Notes: generated from the sequence alone by a model not told the origin. A DNA stretch of 46,761 bases from Octopus bimaculoides (GCF_001194135.2 NC_068991.1:68888916-68935676), one strand, 5' to 3'; numbered from the stretch's first letter, positions 24,582 to 37,928 are shown. Numbers and translations: made by a program.

Positions 24582-25421
24582 CAGTGTGTGCGATGGGTAA
24601 ATTGTCGCCGTTTTATATTTTTAATTTCGCCCATGTCTATTGCTTCTTTTTGATTTTGTTGATTACACAGTATAGTAAGGCCAGTTGGGCACCGTCTGTG
24701 AGGAAAACAATACCATGACACGATTCACTCTTCCAGAAATTTAGAAACAACATGCTGTACTGCTTGGTATTCGTGTCAGAAGCTCCAATACGAACATTTC
24801 AGAGTTTTGGGGTGTCAATCTGAAGACTTGTAACGAGAGTGATAAAAACCAACCATCCAGTCAACATCATGGTGTTTGGAGTGATCACTAGCGATGGCGA
24901 CGTTATGCCTCCATTCATCTTCCCACATGGCCTTACACTCAACACGGAGGCCTACATCAAATACCTGGAGGAGTAGTGCTGGAAGTGTCTTCCAGCCAAA
25001 AGTGTGGCTGGAAGACTCTGTGTTTGGCAATAGGATTCTGCACCATGTCACACGAGCATGAGAACCCTGTCATCGCTGTCAGACAAGATCTGCGACCAGA
25101 TCAACCCTAAAATTTGGCTACCTTGCTCCCCAGACTGCAACCCCCTTGATTATTATGTATGGGGCAGACCAATGATGAACTGAAGGCAAAGATTATGGAA
25201 GCATTCACCAACTTACATAAGGTCACCGTCCAGAAGAGTCGTAGAAGATTCCGTAGTCGTCTAGAGGGTGTGGTTGAAGCCAATGGCGATTTTATTGAAT
25301 AAATTTACTCTTCAGTATTTTGAAATATTTTTTATATCATTTTGGTAAATATATGTTTTATATTGAGATGTTACTTTTATTTTCATTTTTGCGTAATTTA
25401 GACTACAGATTATTCACTGCA

Positions 25422-25426
<5 letters not shown>
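24582..25426 (+). mobile_element. Internally deleted Tc1/mariner-superfamily element, DD37D (maT) type
   Basis: ATG at 24715 starts MTRFTLPEI*KQHAVLLGIR..; after a deletion come HPVNIMVFGVITSDGDVMPPFIF, then VWQ*DSAPCH...WLPCSPDCNPLDYYVWG, ending RLEGVVEANGDFIE* at 25302. The D codons at 25034 and 25148 are 37 residues apart. The TIRs match only weakly, so the outer limits are approximate. Confidence 0.9.
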
Positions 25427-25470
<44 letters not shown>

Positions 25471-25500
25471 CATGCAAGCAACTACATATCTACACACACC

Positions 25501-25576
<76 letters not shown>

Positions 25577-27692
25577 CTCATATATACACACATAAGAGCA
25601 TCTATCTATATGTGTATATGTGTGTTTTTAAACAAAATGTTTTTATCGATCCTAGAATGATATATACAATAAACTTGAGCTTGCTGTGATTTGAACTCAA
25701 AATCTATCAAATAATATTTGATACGTCGACTTACTGATCCTGCCTGCTACCACTTCGTTCCTAATAATAACATTAAAATTGGATTTTCAGGACAGAAACA
25801 TGGTGTGAGTTAGCTGCAATGTTCAGATGGGATCATTAGAATCAGATTTATTTTTTATTATTTTACATTCCAAATTTTTGTTTTACGTCTTTTTCATATC
25901 AGTTACTCCGTGAAAAAAAAAATTAATTGGTCTATTTATATAAATACTATTTGATTGAATTTTCTTTTTGCCCTTAATAATATCATTTATATCTTTATTT
26001 ACTTCATATCCTTTTTTTCATGATTTGATATTATTTTTACCAAATAACAAATAATATCATGAAATAGATTATGAGATCTTAGAAAAAAAGCATTCATAAG
26101 CTTCGGAGTCAAAAAACAAATAGTTTGACGTACCTTTATAAATTTATATGTGTTTTCTTTTATTTAAAATGATTTTTTGTTTCTATTAGATGGACGTGTG
26201 AACTTGTTTTCTCAATTAATTATTTCTATATTGCAATAACATTCACCTGATCTTTGTTTCGTCATACTGAAAAGAGAGTCCTGCTATGAATGCGTGAAGT
26301 AATCAGAACAAATACGTCAGGCAAAAAAACAAAAAAAAAAAACAAATGCAACACAGAAAAAACAAAAAACAAAAAAAATCAAAAAATAAAGTGCGCGAAG
26401 CATCATCCATCAAATATACATATACATACGGACATAGGAAAGTATTAAAAACAGAAATCAATAATAATGACGATGTTAAGAAAAACAACAACAACACCAA
26501 CAACAATAATAATAATTATAATAATAACAATCGAAATGATAATAGAGACTTTGACGATGATGATGATCATAATGTTGGGATATGTATATATAAACACAGA
26601 CGCACGCATATATGTAAGTATATACACACACACACACACACACACACATACACACATATACATACATATATAGGTATGTAACTATATATATTTTTATATA
26701 TATGTATACATACATACGCATATATATACATTTATACATATACATATACATGATACATGTATACATACGTATGTATATANNNNNNNNNNNNNNNNNNNNN
26801 NNNNNNNNNNNNNNNNNNNNNNNNNNNNNNNNNNNNNNNNNNNNNNNNNNNNNNNNNNNNNNNNNNNNNNNNNNNNNNNNNNNNNNNNNNNNNNNNNNNN
26901 NNNNNNNNNNNNNNNNNNNNNNNNNNNNNNNNNNNNNNNNNNNNNNNNNNNNNNNNNNNNNNNNNNNNNNNNNNNNNNNNNNNNNNNNNNNNNNNNNNNN
27001 NNNNNNNNNNNNNNNNNNNNNNNNNNNNNNNNNNNNNNNNNNNNNNNNNNNNNNNNNNNNNNNNNNNNNNNNNNNNNNNNNNNNNNNNNNNNNNNNNNNN
27101 NNNNNNNNNNNNNNNNNNNNNNNNNNNNNNNNNNNNNNNNNNNNNNNNNNNNNNNNNNNNNNNNNNNNNNNNNNNNNNNNNNNNNNNNNNNNNNNNNNNN
27201 NNNNNNNNNNNNNNNNNNNNNNNNNNNNNNNNNNNNNNNNNNNNNNNNNNNNNNNNNNNNNNNNNNNNNNNNNNNNNNNNNNNNNNNNNNNNNNNNNNNN
27301 NNNNNNNNNNNNNNNNNNNNNNNNNNNNNNNNNNNNNNNNNNNNNNNNNNNNNNNNNNNNNNNNNNNNNNNNNNNNNNNNNNNNNNNNNNNNNNNNNNNN
27401 NNNNNNNNNNNNNNNNNNNNNNNNNNNNNNNNNNNNNNNNNNNNNNNNNNNNNNNNNNNNNNNNNNNNNNNNNNNNNNNNNNNNNNNNNNNNNNNNNNNN
27501 NNNNNNNNNNNNNNNNNNNNNNNNNNNNNNNNNNNNNNNNNNNNNNNNNNNNNNNNNNNNNNNNNNNNNNNNNNNNNNNNNNNNNNNNNNNNNNNNNNNN
27601 NNNNNNNNNNNNNNNNNNNNNNNNNNNNNNNNNNNNNNNNNNNNNNNNNNNNNNNNNNNNNNNNNNNNNNNNNNNNNNNNNNNNNNNNNNNN

Positions 27693-27737
<45 letters not shown>

Positions 27738-27789
27738 CTTTTCTTTGTTTACATGTATTTCTATTTAAATGCATATATCTATCTATCTA

Positions 27790-27824
<35 letters not shown>

Positions 27825-28157
27825 AGTTGTAAATGTATATCTTTATATTTTTTATGTATATTATACATATATATACGGACAAATTTTCATATATATTTAA
27901 GGGTGTGTTGTGTATGTGTGCACGCATGTGTATTAATGTTGCTCTGTTCTTTTTTAATTCAGATATATTCTGTTATATTTTTTTTAGTTTTTTCCATTTA
28001 TTTTGCAATGTTTTGTTTTTTGTTTATCGTGCAAGATAATACTGAAATTTTCTCTGCGCCAACTCTTATTTGTAAGCGTTCGTTTGCTTTAAAACATTGT
28101 TTAATTAAGGTATATTAGAACAGTAAAAGTAATAATAATAATAATAATAATAATAAT

Positions 28158-28195
<38 letters not shown>

Positions 28196-28197
<2 letters not shown>

Positions 28198-28402
28198 TGA
28201 CAGGTTAACTTGTGAGGTTAAGCAGTTTTGCTCGATGAAAAAGGTAGCGATAGTGCCGATAATTGTCGGAACCCTGGGAACAGTGAGCAAAAATCTCGAG
28301 AAGTACTTGGAACAAATAGGGGCTGGAATAAGGGTGGATCACTTGGAGAAAACAGCGCTGCTTGGAACCGTTCGAATACTCAGGATGCTTCTCGAAAAAT
28401 AA
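28196..28402 (+). mobile_element. 3' end of an RLE-type non-LTR retrotransposon ORF (R4/Dong-like), 5'-truncated
   Basis: Stop-free YDRLTCEVKQFCSMKKVAIVPIIVGTLGTVSKNLEKYLEQIGAGIRVDHLEKTALLGTVRILRMLLEK* matches the RLE C-terminal pattern KY..L..E...PI..G.LG...QK.ALLGT..ILR. It starts directly after (AAT)n. Confidence 0.85.
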
Positions 28403-28834
28403 GGGGCCCCCATTTATAGATTCTAATAGCGCAGGGGCCCATTTGCCAACGGGCAATCTGGCAACCTGGCCAGTCTGCCACTCCACATATATAGAAACAC
28501 ACCCATGTATACGTGCATACACGCACGCACACTCATCTTTGTCTGTTTGCCTGTCTGTTCCCTATGCATTCTCATACGGCTCCATCATATCAAATCAAAT
28601 TTTACAAGGTAGGGAAGTAATTTCAACCATGTTTCGTGGTCTGCTACCACAACAGCTCCTTTATAGGATCCAGTTAGCTCAAGACATCATCAGGAGGAAC
28701 CACGTCCGGTTTCGGCCCCTACTCCTCTACCGTTTTGACGTGGCGGGGCCCCTCCTTTCGGAGGTGTCTTCAGCTCTGGTGTTGGGTGCATGTCTTCTTT
28801 CTTCTATTCCCTGGCCTCTTCGATGCAGCATCAA

Positions 28835-29021
28835 CGAGTGTCATTCTTGATACCTCGTTGTCGAATTCTTTATAACTTGCTGCGTCATTTGCTTTCGGCC
28901 ACTTAATCTTTGTCTTCTTCACGCCTATCACTGTTTGCGACTGTTCTAATTCAACCGTGGAATACCCCTCACTGTGGTTATCTTCCCGGAGGTTCTGGCC
29001 ACGCGTCTTACGGTTCATCAA
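28835..29021 (-). mobile_element. HERO/NeSL-like non-LTR retrotransposon N-terminal fragment
   Basis: EDNHS...KIKWPKANDAASYKEFDNEVS resembles the NHS..IKWP.AN....FD.DV block upstream of RT in HERO elements (recalled). Confidence 0.55.
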
Positions 29022-29184
29022 CCCGCGCTGTTACATCCTGCAAGTGTCAGCATGTAATTTTTATTTTCATTTGGATAGAAGCATTTACGTTTTATCGAAG
29101 ATAATCTTCCTATAATCAAATATAGGAAAGAACATGACAACGACGACGACGTTATTTTTTGTATATGAGTGTGTATGTGTCTCT

Positions 29185-29223
<39 letters not shown>

Positions 29224-29330
29224 GCGTGTTCGTTATGTACGAGATAGTAAAGGACATTTTATACCATCATGACGACGACGACGACGACGACGACGACTAA
29301 TCTTTATGTAGATATTTGTAAATCCAAATA

Positions 29331-29437
29331 CAGTAATCCCTCGACTGTCACAGGTGTTGCATTCCAAAGCCCACCGCGATAGGTGAAAATCCGTGAAGTA
29401 GAAATAGTACTGCACTGTTTATTTTTTTACATTATTT
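29331..29437 (-). mobile_element. pogo/Tigger-like MITE end, truncated by an assembly gap
   Basis: TA + cagtaatccctcgac...gaagtagaaatagtactg aligns with the reverse complement of 43640-43734. Confidence 0.85.
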
Positions 29438-30163
29438 NNNNNNNNNNNNNNNNNNNNNNNNNNNNNNNNNNNNNNNNNNNNNNNNNNNNNNNNNNNNNNN
29501 NNNNNNNNNNNNNNNNNNNNNNNNNNNNNNNNNNNNNNNNNNNNNNNNNNNNNNNNNNNNNNNNNNNNNNNNNNNNNNNNNNNNNNNNNNNNNNNNNNNN
29601 NNNNNNNNNNNNNNNNNNNNNNNNNNNNNNNNNNNNNNNNNNNNNNNNNNNNNNNNNNNNNNNNNNNNNNNNNNNNNNNNNNNNNNNNNNNNNNNNNNNN
29701 NNNNNNNNNNNNNNNNNNNNNNNNNNNNNNNNNNNNNNNNNNNNNNNNNNNNNNNNNNNNNNNNNNNNNNNNNNNNNNNNNNNNNNNNNNNNNNNNNNNN
29801 NNNNNNNNNNNNNNNNNNNNNNNNNNNNNNNNNNNNNNNNNNNNNNNNNNNNNNNNNNNNNNNNNNNNNNNNNNNNNNNNNNNNNNNNNNNNNNNNNNNN
29901 NNNNNNNNNNNNNNNNNNNNNNNNNNNNNNNNNNNNNNNNNNNNNNNNNNNNNNNNNNNNNNNNNNNNNNNNNNNNNNNNNNNNNNNNNNNNNNNNNNNN
30001 NNNNNNNNNNNNNNNNNNNNNNNNNNNNNNNNNNNNNNNNNNNNNNNNNNNNNNNNNNNNNNNNNNNNNNNNNNNNNNNNNNNNNNNNNNNNNNNNNNNN
30101 NNNNNNNNNNNNNNNNNNNNNNNNNNNNNNNNNNNNNNNNNNNNNNNNNNNNNNNNNNNNNNN

Positions 30164-30215
<52 letters not shown>

Positions 30216-31018
30216 TATGTATGTATATACATACTCATATATATTTAAATCCGAATATATTATATACATTTATATATATATATAAGTGCGCGCACTCACA
30301 TATATAATCATAATATAATTTATTATGTGTATGCATGTGTGCCATATAATTTCTAAATCTCTTATTTTATCAGGTTTTACTTATTACATTGTAGTTCTTT
30401 TTACTTGTTCGGCCTGTAAAATGAAATCGCAAAATTGTTGAGAGTCAGCAGCTTATTTTGATAGCAGTACGCTGATAAATATTTAATCCTTAACATATTT
30501 TCAATATTCAAGATATCTATATCAGGAAAGATTAACATAATATATTTCATTTTTCAAATCTTACTAAGTGCTTTGCAGTGAATAGGTATTATATATGTGA
30601 CGTAAAATCACAGTGTAGTTTTATTCCTCGTTCAATACAGATTTACATGCGTTTACGCATTTGAAGGTAAATACTAATTATATACGCTACATGGCCAGTA
30701 CATTGGTACTACTCATCTCTTACAGGTTCATATGACCCCGCGCAAGTCCACGAAGTAAGTTTGTTTTGACCTCCCATCGTTGGTCTATGTCATTTAATCT
30801 AACTTCTAATTAAATATTTTCCCAAAATTTCCTTCAAAAAATTCTCACATTAATCGAATATTTTCTAAAGACTTTTACCGATATCCGAGCAGGAACAGGA
30901 GCAGCTTTTTATATCTCACCAGACTAAAAAGGGCTACAGAGATAGCAATGCAGTCGTTCCTACTTTGACTAACATAAATATACAATATATTTTTGCCTCA
31001 ATTAGAATATAATAAACA

Positions 31019-31740
31019 TAGGCGTAGATGTGGCTGTGTGGTAAGTAGCTTGCTTACCAAGCACATGGTTCCGGGTTCAGTCCCACTGCGTGGCATCTTG
31101 GACAAGTGTTTTCTCCTACAGCCTCGGGCCGACCAAATCCTTCTGAGTGGATTTGGTAGACGGAAACTGAAAGAAGCCGGTCGTATACATGTGTGAGCAT
31201 ATATATATATAGACATATATATATATAGACGTATATATATATATATATANNNNNNNNNNNNNNNNNNNNNNNNNNNNNNNNNNNNNNNNNNNNNNNNNNN
31301 NNNNNNNNNNNNNNNNNNNNNNNNNNNNNNNNNNNNNNNNNNNNNNNNNNNNNNNNNNNNNNNNNNNNNNNNNNNNNNNNNNNNNNNNNNNNNNNNNNNN
31401 NNNNNNNNNNNNNNNNNNNNNNNNNNNNNNNNNNNNNNNNNNNNNNNNNNNNNNNNNNNNNNNNNNNNNNNNNNNNNNNNNNNNNNNNNNNNNNNNNNNN
31501 NNNNNNNNNNNNNNNNNNNNNNNNNNNNNNNNNNNNNNNNNNNNNNNNNNNNNNNNNNNNNNNNNNNNNNNNNNNNNNNNNNNNNNNNNNNNNNNNNNNN
31601 NNNNNNNNNNNNNNNNNNNNTGTATATATGTATGTGTGTGTATATGTTTGCGTGTCTGTGTTTGTCCCCCCAACATCGCTTGACAACCGATTCTGGTGTG
31701 TTTACGTCCCCGTAACTTAGCGGTTCGGAAAAAGAGACCA
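31019..31740 (+). mobile_element. SINE family B with an internal (TA)/(TG) microsatellite containing a gap; 3' end truncated
   Basis: Head and CORE-like part 31019-31185, then microsatellite and gap, then the 3' module gtgtttgtcccccaacatcgcttgacaaccga...cgtaacttagcggttcgg. Confidence 0.93.
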
Positions 31741-32019
31741 GTATTTAATTCGTAGTGTGATGTAAAAATTCGATTATTAACTTAAACTGTCACCAGGCTG
31801 AACATCTGTCGGCTGCCTTTCTAGAATCCACTTTGTTTCAGGTCACATCTCTGGATTGAGGATCACTTTTAGTCATCATAACAATGACGGATGCTTCGAA
31901 GATAATCACAAGATCTGCACTAACTAATCTGCTTAGGACATTCAAAACAGGTATTGTAGAGATAATCTGAAGAGATTACTACGCGTTAGAATCTGATGAA
32001 GGAAAATATGCAATATAAT

Positions 32020-32396
32020 GACTGGCACTCCGTCGGTTACGACGACGAGGGTTCCAGTTGATCAGATCAACGGAACAGCCTGCTCGTGAAATTAACGTGC
32101 AAGTGGCTGAGCACTCCACAGACACGTGTTCCCTTAACGTAGTTCTTAGTTCTCGGGGGAGATTCAGTATGACAAAGAGTGTGACAAGGCTGGCCCTTCG
32201 AAATACAGGTACAACTGAATCAGGAAGAAAGAGTGAGAGAACGTTGTGGTGAAAGAGTACAGCAAGGTTCCCCACATCCTCTGCCGGAGCCTCGTGGTGC
32301 TTTAGGTGTTTTCGCTCAATAAACACCAACAACGCCCGGTCTGGGAATCGAAACCGCGAGTCCGCTGCCCTAACCACTGGGCCATTGCACCTCTGC
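32020..32396 (-). mobile_element. SINE family E (tRNA-like head) with a 12-bp target-site duplication
   Basis: The reverse complement has A box tggcccagtgg and B box ggtttcgattccc. ATGCAATATAAT flanks both sides (32008-32019 and 32397-32408). Confidence 0.9.
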
Positions 32397-35101
32397 ATGC
32401 AATATAATAGCGAAATGGAGAAGACGTAAATGGAACTGAAGCATACACATATCACAGTTAAGAATGTGATAACTACTACCATTTGTATTTGACGTAGGAG
32501 CAGCTATATTTTAGCGATAAAAAGGTGTATTCGTCCGATTCAATATCAATGTTTTACACGTAGGTAGAAGAATTAAGTTAATATTCATAGTAACGGTAAA
32601 AGCACAAAAGTCAAGCGTCCTCAGTTTTTGCGATAACACATCATAAATAACGGAGGAAAAAGGAAATTCTTATTTATACAAATACAAGGCGGATAATGAA
32701 AAATAAAACAAAAACGAAACGCTACATTCGTATAATAACATCTCCATAACAAGAACCGTTGCTGTACATGAAACTTAAGGATTTTCGAAAATAGCTGCTT
32801 TAAGACACGCCACCAGATCCTGAAATATGACGCATTCGTTTCGGAATTTGATTTGCATATTCTTTCGTTTTCTTTCAAAGATGCTCTTTAAGTGTCTTTA
32901 CATAAAATTCAACGTTTTTTGTTGGATACCACTGGCATATTTTATTCAAAACCTGTCCTTCTTAACTACATTACAGACCCAAACAATTTTCAATTTCTTA
33001 TACAATTGCTTGAAATAAATACATTAAAATGAGATTAATCCCAACATCGAACTCCTTTTTACTTACAGATTTGATGTTTGAAATATATGTTGAAGCGTAA
33101 AAGACTGCTGCTTTATATAAAATACCAAGCAACAATCATTTGCAGGGGTATCATAGTTTAGGAGTGATTAAAAATATTTTGAATGAAGATTCACTAATAG
33201 CGCACATTGCAGAACTTTATGGAATTCATAAGGATGATAAAATTATATTTTAAATATATAGTAAGAATACGCCTTTCCTCAATAAATTGGGTATCATTAT
33301 TCCTGCGTTGTTGGCACAGAAGCTTCAAGAATGAGAACTTTCATCGGTAGCAGTTTCTAGTTATCGTATTCTTGTAGATTGTCAGAGGTCTCAGGTTTAT
33401 ACGACATTATCCTACTGCCGATTTGAGTCATGCAAAAGATGAACAATTCTATGGACGACAAAATATCAGCAGATGGTGAAATACATAAATAAAAGGTAAT
33501 AAAATGGAATGACAGATTTTTGGTCAATGTTAACGATATCAAGATGCGACAATGAAATGAAGGATTTTCCTTAAAAAAACTATCTCATTATAGCTGTCTT
33601 CACATACCTTTAGCATAGTGGACCCATGACAGTATTTTAATTAATCCCTAACGTATGAAACTCTCCCAACATCAGGGAGTCGTCATTAGTAGACAAACTA
33701 TCATGGTTAAAATGTAAAATACTGAAAGAAAAAGAAAGAAAAATGGAAAATAGCAAATGTATGTTATTCTCACAATAAGCGAGAAGAATTAAGTGAACAG
33801 TTCTCTTCTGAGAGAAGTGCCAAGAACTTGTAGGAAAATTCTTTTGGACCAATTTACTCACAGACACAGAAGTACAAACTGAAAATTACTCTGAATCGCG
33901 TTTCACAGATACATACCTATATACCACACACACACACAAACACATACCCACACACATATATATGTATACGCTCACGAATACACACATATATGTATTATAC
34001 ATGCACACAGACATATACATATATTCACAGGCATACATAAATACATATATACGCACACATAACACGCACACGCACAGTCACACACACACACACACACACG
34101 CACAGACATATATGTATGTACATATGTATACATAAGTATATATACATACATACTTATAAATATATACATATGTATATGTATCTATACATATATATATATA
34201 TGTATCTATATATGTATATATACATATATATATATATACTATATATATATACATACATGTTTATATGTATATATATANNNNNNNNNNNNNNNNNNNNNNN
34301 NNNNNNNNNNNNNNNNNNNNNNNNNNNNNNNNNNNNNNNNNNNNNNNNNNNNNNNNNNNNNNNNNNNNNNNNNNNNNNNNNNNNNNNNNNNNNNNNNNNN
34401 NNNNNNNNNNNNNNNNNNNNNNNNNNNNNNNNNNNNNNNNNNNNNNNNNNNNNNNNNNNNNNNNNNNNNNNNNNNNNNNNNNNNNNNNNNNNNNNNNNNN
34501 NNNNNNNNNNNNNNNNNNNNNNNNNNNNNNNNNNNNNNNNNNNNNNNNNNNNNNNNNNNNNNNNNNNNNNNNNNNNNNNNNNNNNNNNNNNNNNNNNNNN
34601 NNNNNNNNNNNNNNNNNNNNNNNNNNNNNNNNNNNNNNNNNNNNNNNNNNNNNNNNNNNNNNNNNNNNNNNNNNNNNNNNNNNNNNNNNNNNNNNNNNNN
34701 NNNNNNNNNNNNNNNNNNNNNNNNNNNNNNNNNNNNNNNNNNNNNNNNNNNNNNNNNNNNNNNNNNNNNNNNNNNNNNNNNNNNNNNNNNNNNNNNNNNN
34801 NNNNNNNNNNNNNNNNNNNNNNNNNNNNNNNNNNNNNNNNNNNNNNNNNNNNNNNNNNNNNNNNNNNNNNNNNNNNNNNNNNNNNNNNNNNNNNNNNNNN
34901 NNNNNNNNNNNNNNNNNNNNNNNNNNNNNNNNNNNNNNNNNNNNNNNNNNNNNNNNNNNNNNNNNNNNNNNNNNNNNNNNNNNNNNNNNNNNNNNNNNNN
35001 NNNNNNNNNNNNNNNNNNNNNNNNNNNNNNNNATACAATAATTCCTTGAATATACATAAATCTTTAATTTATTCAGAATTTTAGTCGACTTTTATATATT
35101 C

Positions 35102-35350
35102 TGTGGAGGCGCGTGGCTTAGTGGTTAGGGTGTCAGCATCATGATCGTAAGATTGTGGTTTCGATTCCTGGACCGGGCGACGCATTGTGTTCTTGAGCAA
35201 AACACTTCATTTCACGTTGCTCCAGTCCCCACAGCTGGCAAAAATGAGTAACGCTGCGATGGACTGGCGTCCCATCCAGCTGGGGAACACATACGCCATT
35301 GAAACCGGGAAACCGGGGCCATGAGCCTGGCCAGGCTTTAAAAGGGCGCA
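35102..35350 (+). mobile_element. SINE family D (tRNA-like head, CORE-like body), apparently full length
   Basis: A box TGGCTTAGTGG, B box GGTTTCGATTCC, then gtgttcttgagcaaaacactt and ctgcgatggactggcgtcccatccag, ending in a (TTTA)n tail. Confidence 0.88.
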
Positions 35351-35415
35351 TTTATTTATTTTTTAAATTTTATATATTCTACCTACTTTTTCTGATATTT
35401 CATTAATTTCTTCCC

Positions 35416-35715
35416 AATGTTCTTTTCTACCCTAGGCACAAGGCCGGAAATTTTGGGGGAGGAGGCCAGCTGATTAGATTGGCCACAGTATGCAACTGGT
35501 ACTTAATTTATTGGCCCCAAAAGGATGAAAGGTAAAGACAGCCTCGGTGGAATTTGAACTCAGAACGTAAAGACAAACGAAATACCGCAGGGCATTTCGC
35601 CCGGCGTGCTAACGTTTCTGCCAGCTCGCCACCTTGTAATGTCTTCCTAATATTCTTTTCTACTCTAGGCACAAGGCCTGAAATTTTTTGGAGAGGGGGC
35701 CAGTCGATTAGATCG
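35416..35715 (-). mobile_element. SINE family A full copy (35416-35635) plus the tail of a second copy (35649-35715)
   Basis: Reverse complement of units 3 and 4 of the 19-kb array, including the ctaggcacaaggcc tail. Confidence 0.92.
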
Positions 35716-35854
35716 CGTTCGTTACAGTTATAAATAAAAACAAACATAAATGGTAACATACATATAGATGACTAGAATGATTGATATATACAGAAAAGCA
35801 TAGGTACATACAGAAACAAAATTGGCGTATCAATATCATTACTAATAAAGGTAG

Positions 35855-36158
<304 letters not shown>

Positions 36159-37853
36159 ATCTAATTATATATCTCGCTAATTCGAAGTTCCCCACTACGT
36201 AATCGTCTATTTTCATTGTTTTTAATATTGATCGTAGATAATTTTCTACATCTCGTCACCAGTGAGAACTTCGATTTCGTCTCACAATTTAAATTCATCT
36301 TTATGATAAATTTCAAGTTATCTTGTTCCAGCCGCTATAAACCTTTCAATGCCTACAAGACCCAGTTCTAGAATATTATTGATATATGTTATATTATATA
36401 ATTTAGATTCGCACGACCCTTTACAGAGCGTCTGTGTCTAATTGAAAGGAGAGAGGAAATTATATTCTAACCAGAAATCAGGTCCAAATACTTGCAAGAG
36501 TATCAGATCCAAACACTTGTAAGAGCGTCTGCTACTTCAATACCGATATCTGGGCAGCTTGTCAATTACCCACACAACTAGGACTGCTAGCTCTCTTTTA
36601 CAACTGGCCATTACAACTACCATTCTATGTAGCTAGGGCAATGCTCTTTCTCTATTCTTTCAGCATGAATGTTTAACCTTCAGCGACTACTGGTTTAATT
36701 ACTAGCCACACCAACTGACTAACTTCACTAATGAAGGAACAAACAGTCTGTACACCTTTTATATTATTTTGCACACACAGTTGTAAAACAGGATGATATA
36801 GAACATGTTACACATAAACTTGTCTGATCATTGTTTGTTGCGTACGCATACATGCAGGACAACAGTAAACAGATAAACTAGACTAATGCATGACTCTATC
36901 CTAAAATGGTACCACATATCAGTGTTGAAGTCGATGATGATTTAATGCTACCATCCATGTAGGCCACGGTGGGATTTAAACGCAGAACGCATAAATTCGG
37001 GATGAATACACATCCAGTGACACGTTGTTGCAATTCCACTTCCGAGGAACGAGAAGTAAGAACGATCTCGTAGATGTGAACACCCAGTACAGAGTGCCGG
37101 AGCAAATTCTGCGAGGAATTCTATTTGAGCCCCCCCCCCACCACCACGTGTCAGTTCACCGCATATATAATTGTAAAAATTATAATATCATCACTCTATT
37201 TTAATCCGTTTTCTCATCTCGTATAATCTTTACTTATCTTACTTCACATGATTTCATTACCCTAAAATATACTTGNNNNNNNNNNNNNNNNNNNNNNNNN
37301 NNNNNNNNNNNNNNNNNNNNNNNNNNNNNNNNNNNNNNNNNNNNNNNNNNNNNNNNNNNNNNNNNNNNNNNNNNNNNNNNNNNNNNNNNNNNNNNNNNNN
37401 NNNNNNNNNNNNNNNNNNNNNNNNNNNNNNNNNNNNNNNNNNNNNNNNNNNNNNNNNNNNNNNNNNNNNNNNNNNNNNNNNNNNNNNNNNNNNNNNNNNN
37501 NNNNNNNNNNNNNNNNNNNNNNNNNNNNNNNNNNNNNNNNNNNNNNNNNNNNNNNNNNNNNNNNNNNNNNNNNNNNNNNNNNNNNNNNNNNNNNNNNNNN
37601 NNNNNNNNNNNNNNNNNNNNNNNNNNNNNNNNNNNNNNNNNNNNNNNNNNNNNNNNNNNNNNNNNNNNNNNNNNNNNNNNNNNNNNNNNNNNNNNNNNNN
37701 NNNNNNNNNNNNNNNNNNNNNNNNNNNNNNNNNNNNNNNNNNNNNNNNNNNNNNNNNNNNNNNNNNNNNNNNNNNNNNNNNNNNNNNNNNNNNNNNNNNN
37801 NNNNNNNNNNNNNNNNNNNNNNNNNNNNNNNNNNNNNNNNNNNNNNNNNNNNN

Positions 37854-37925
<72 letters not shown>

Positions 37926-37928
<3 letters not shown>

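Noticed and set aside
31993-32019. CTGATGA just upstream of the SINE E insertion
   Set aside because: The reconstructed pre-insertion site gives no credible stem II or stem III.
31979-32482. 167-aa ORF
   Set aside because: It lies mostly within SINE family E, which is bounded by a TSD.
35102-35175. tRNA gene
   Set aside because: A and B boxes are present, but the sequence continues into a SINE body and tail with no proper acceptor stem; the same applies to the other SINE heads.
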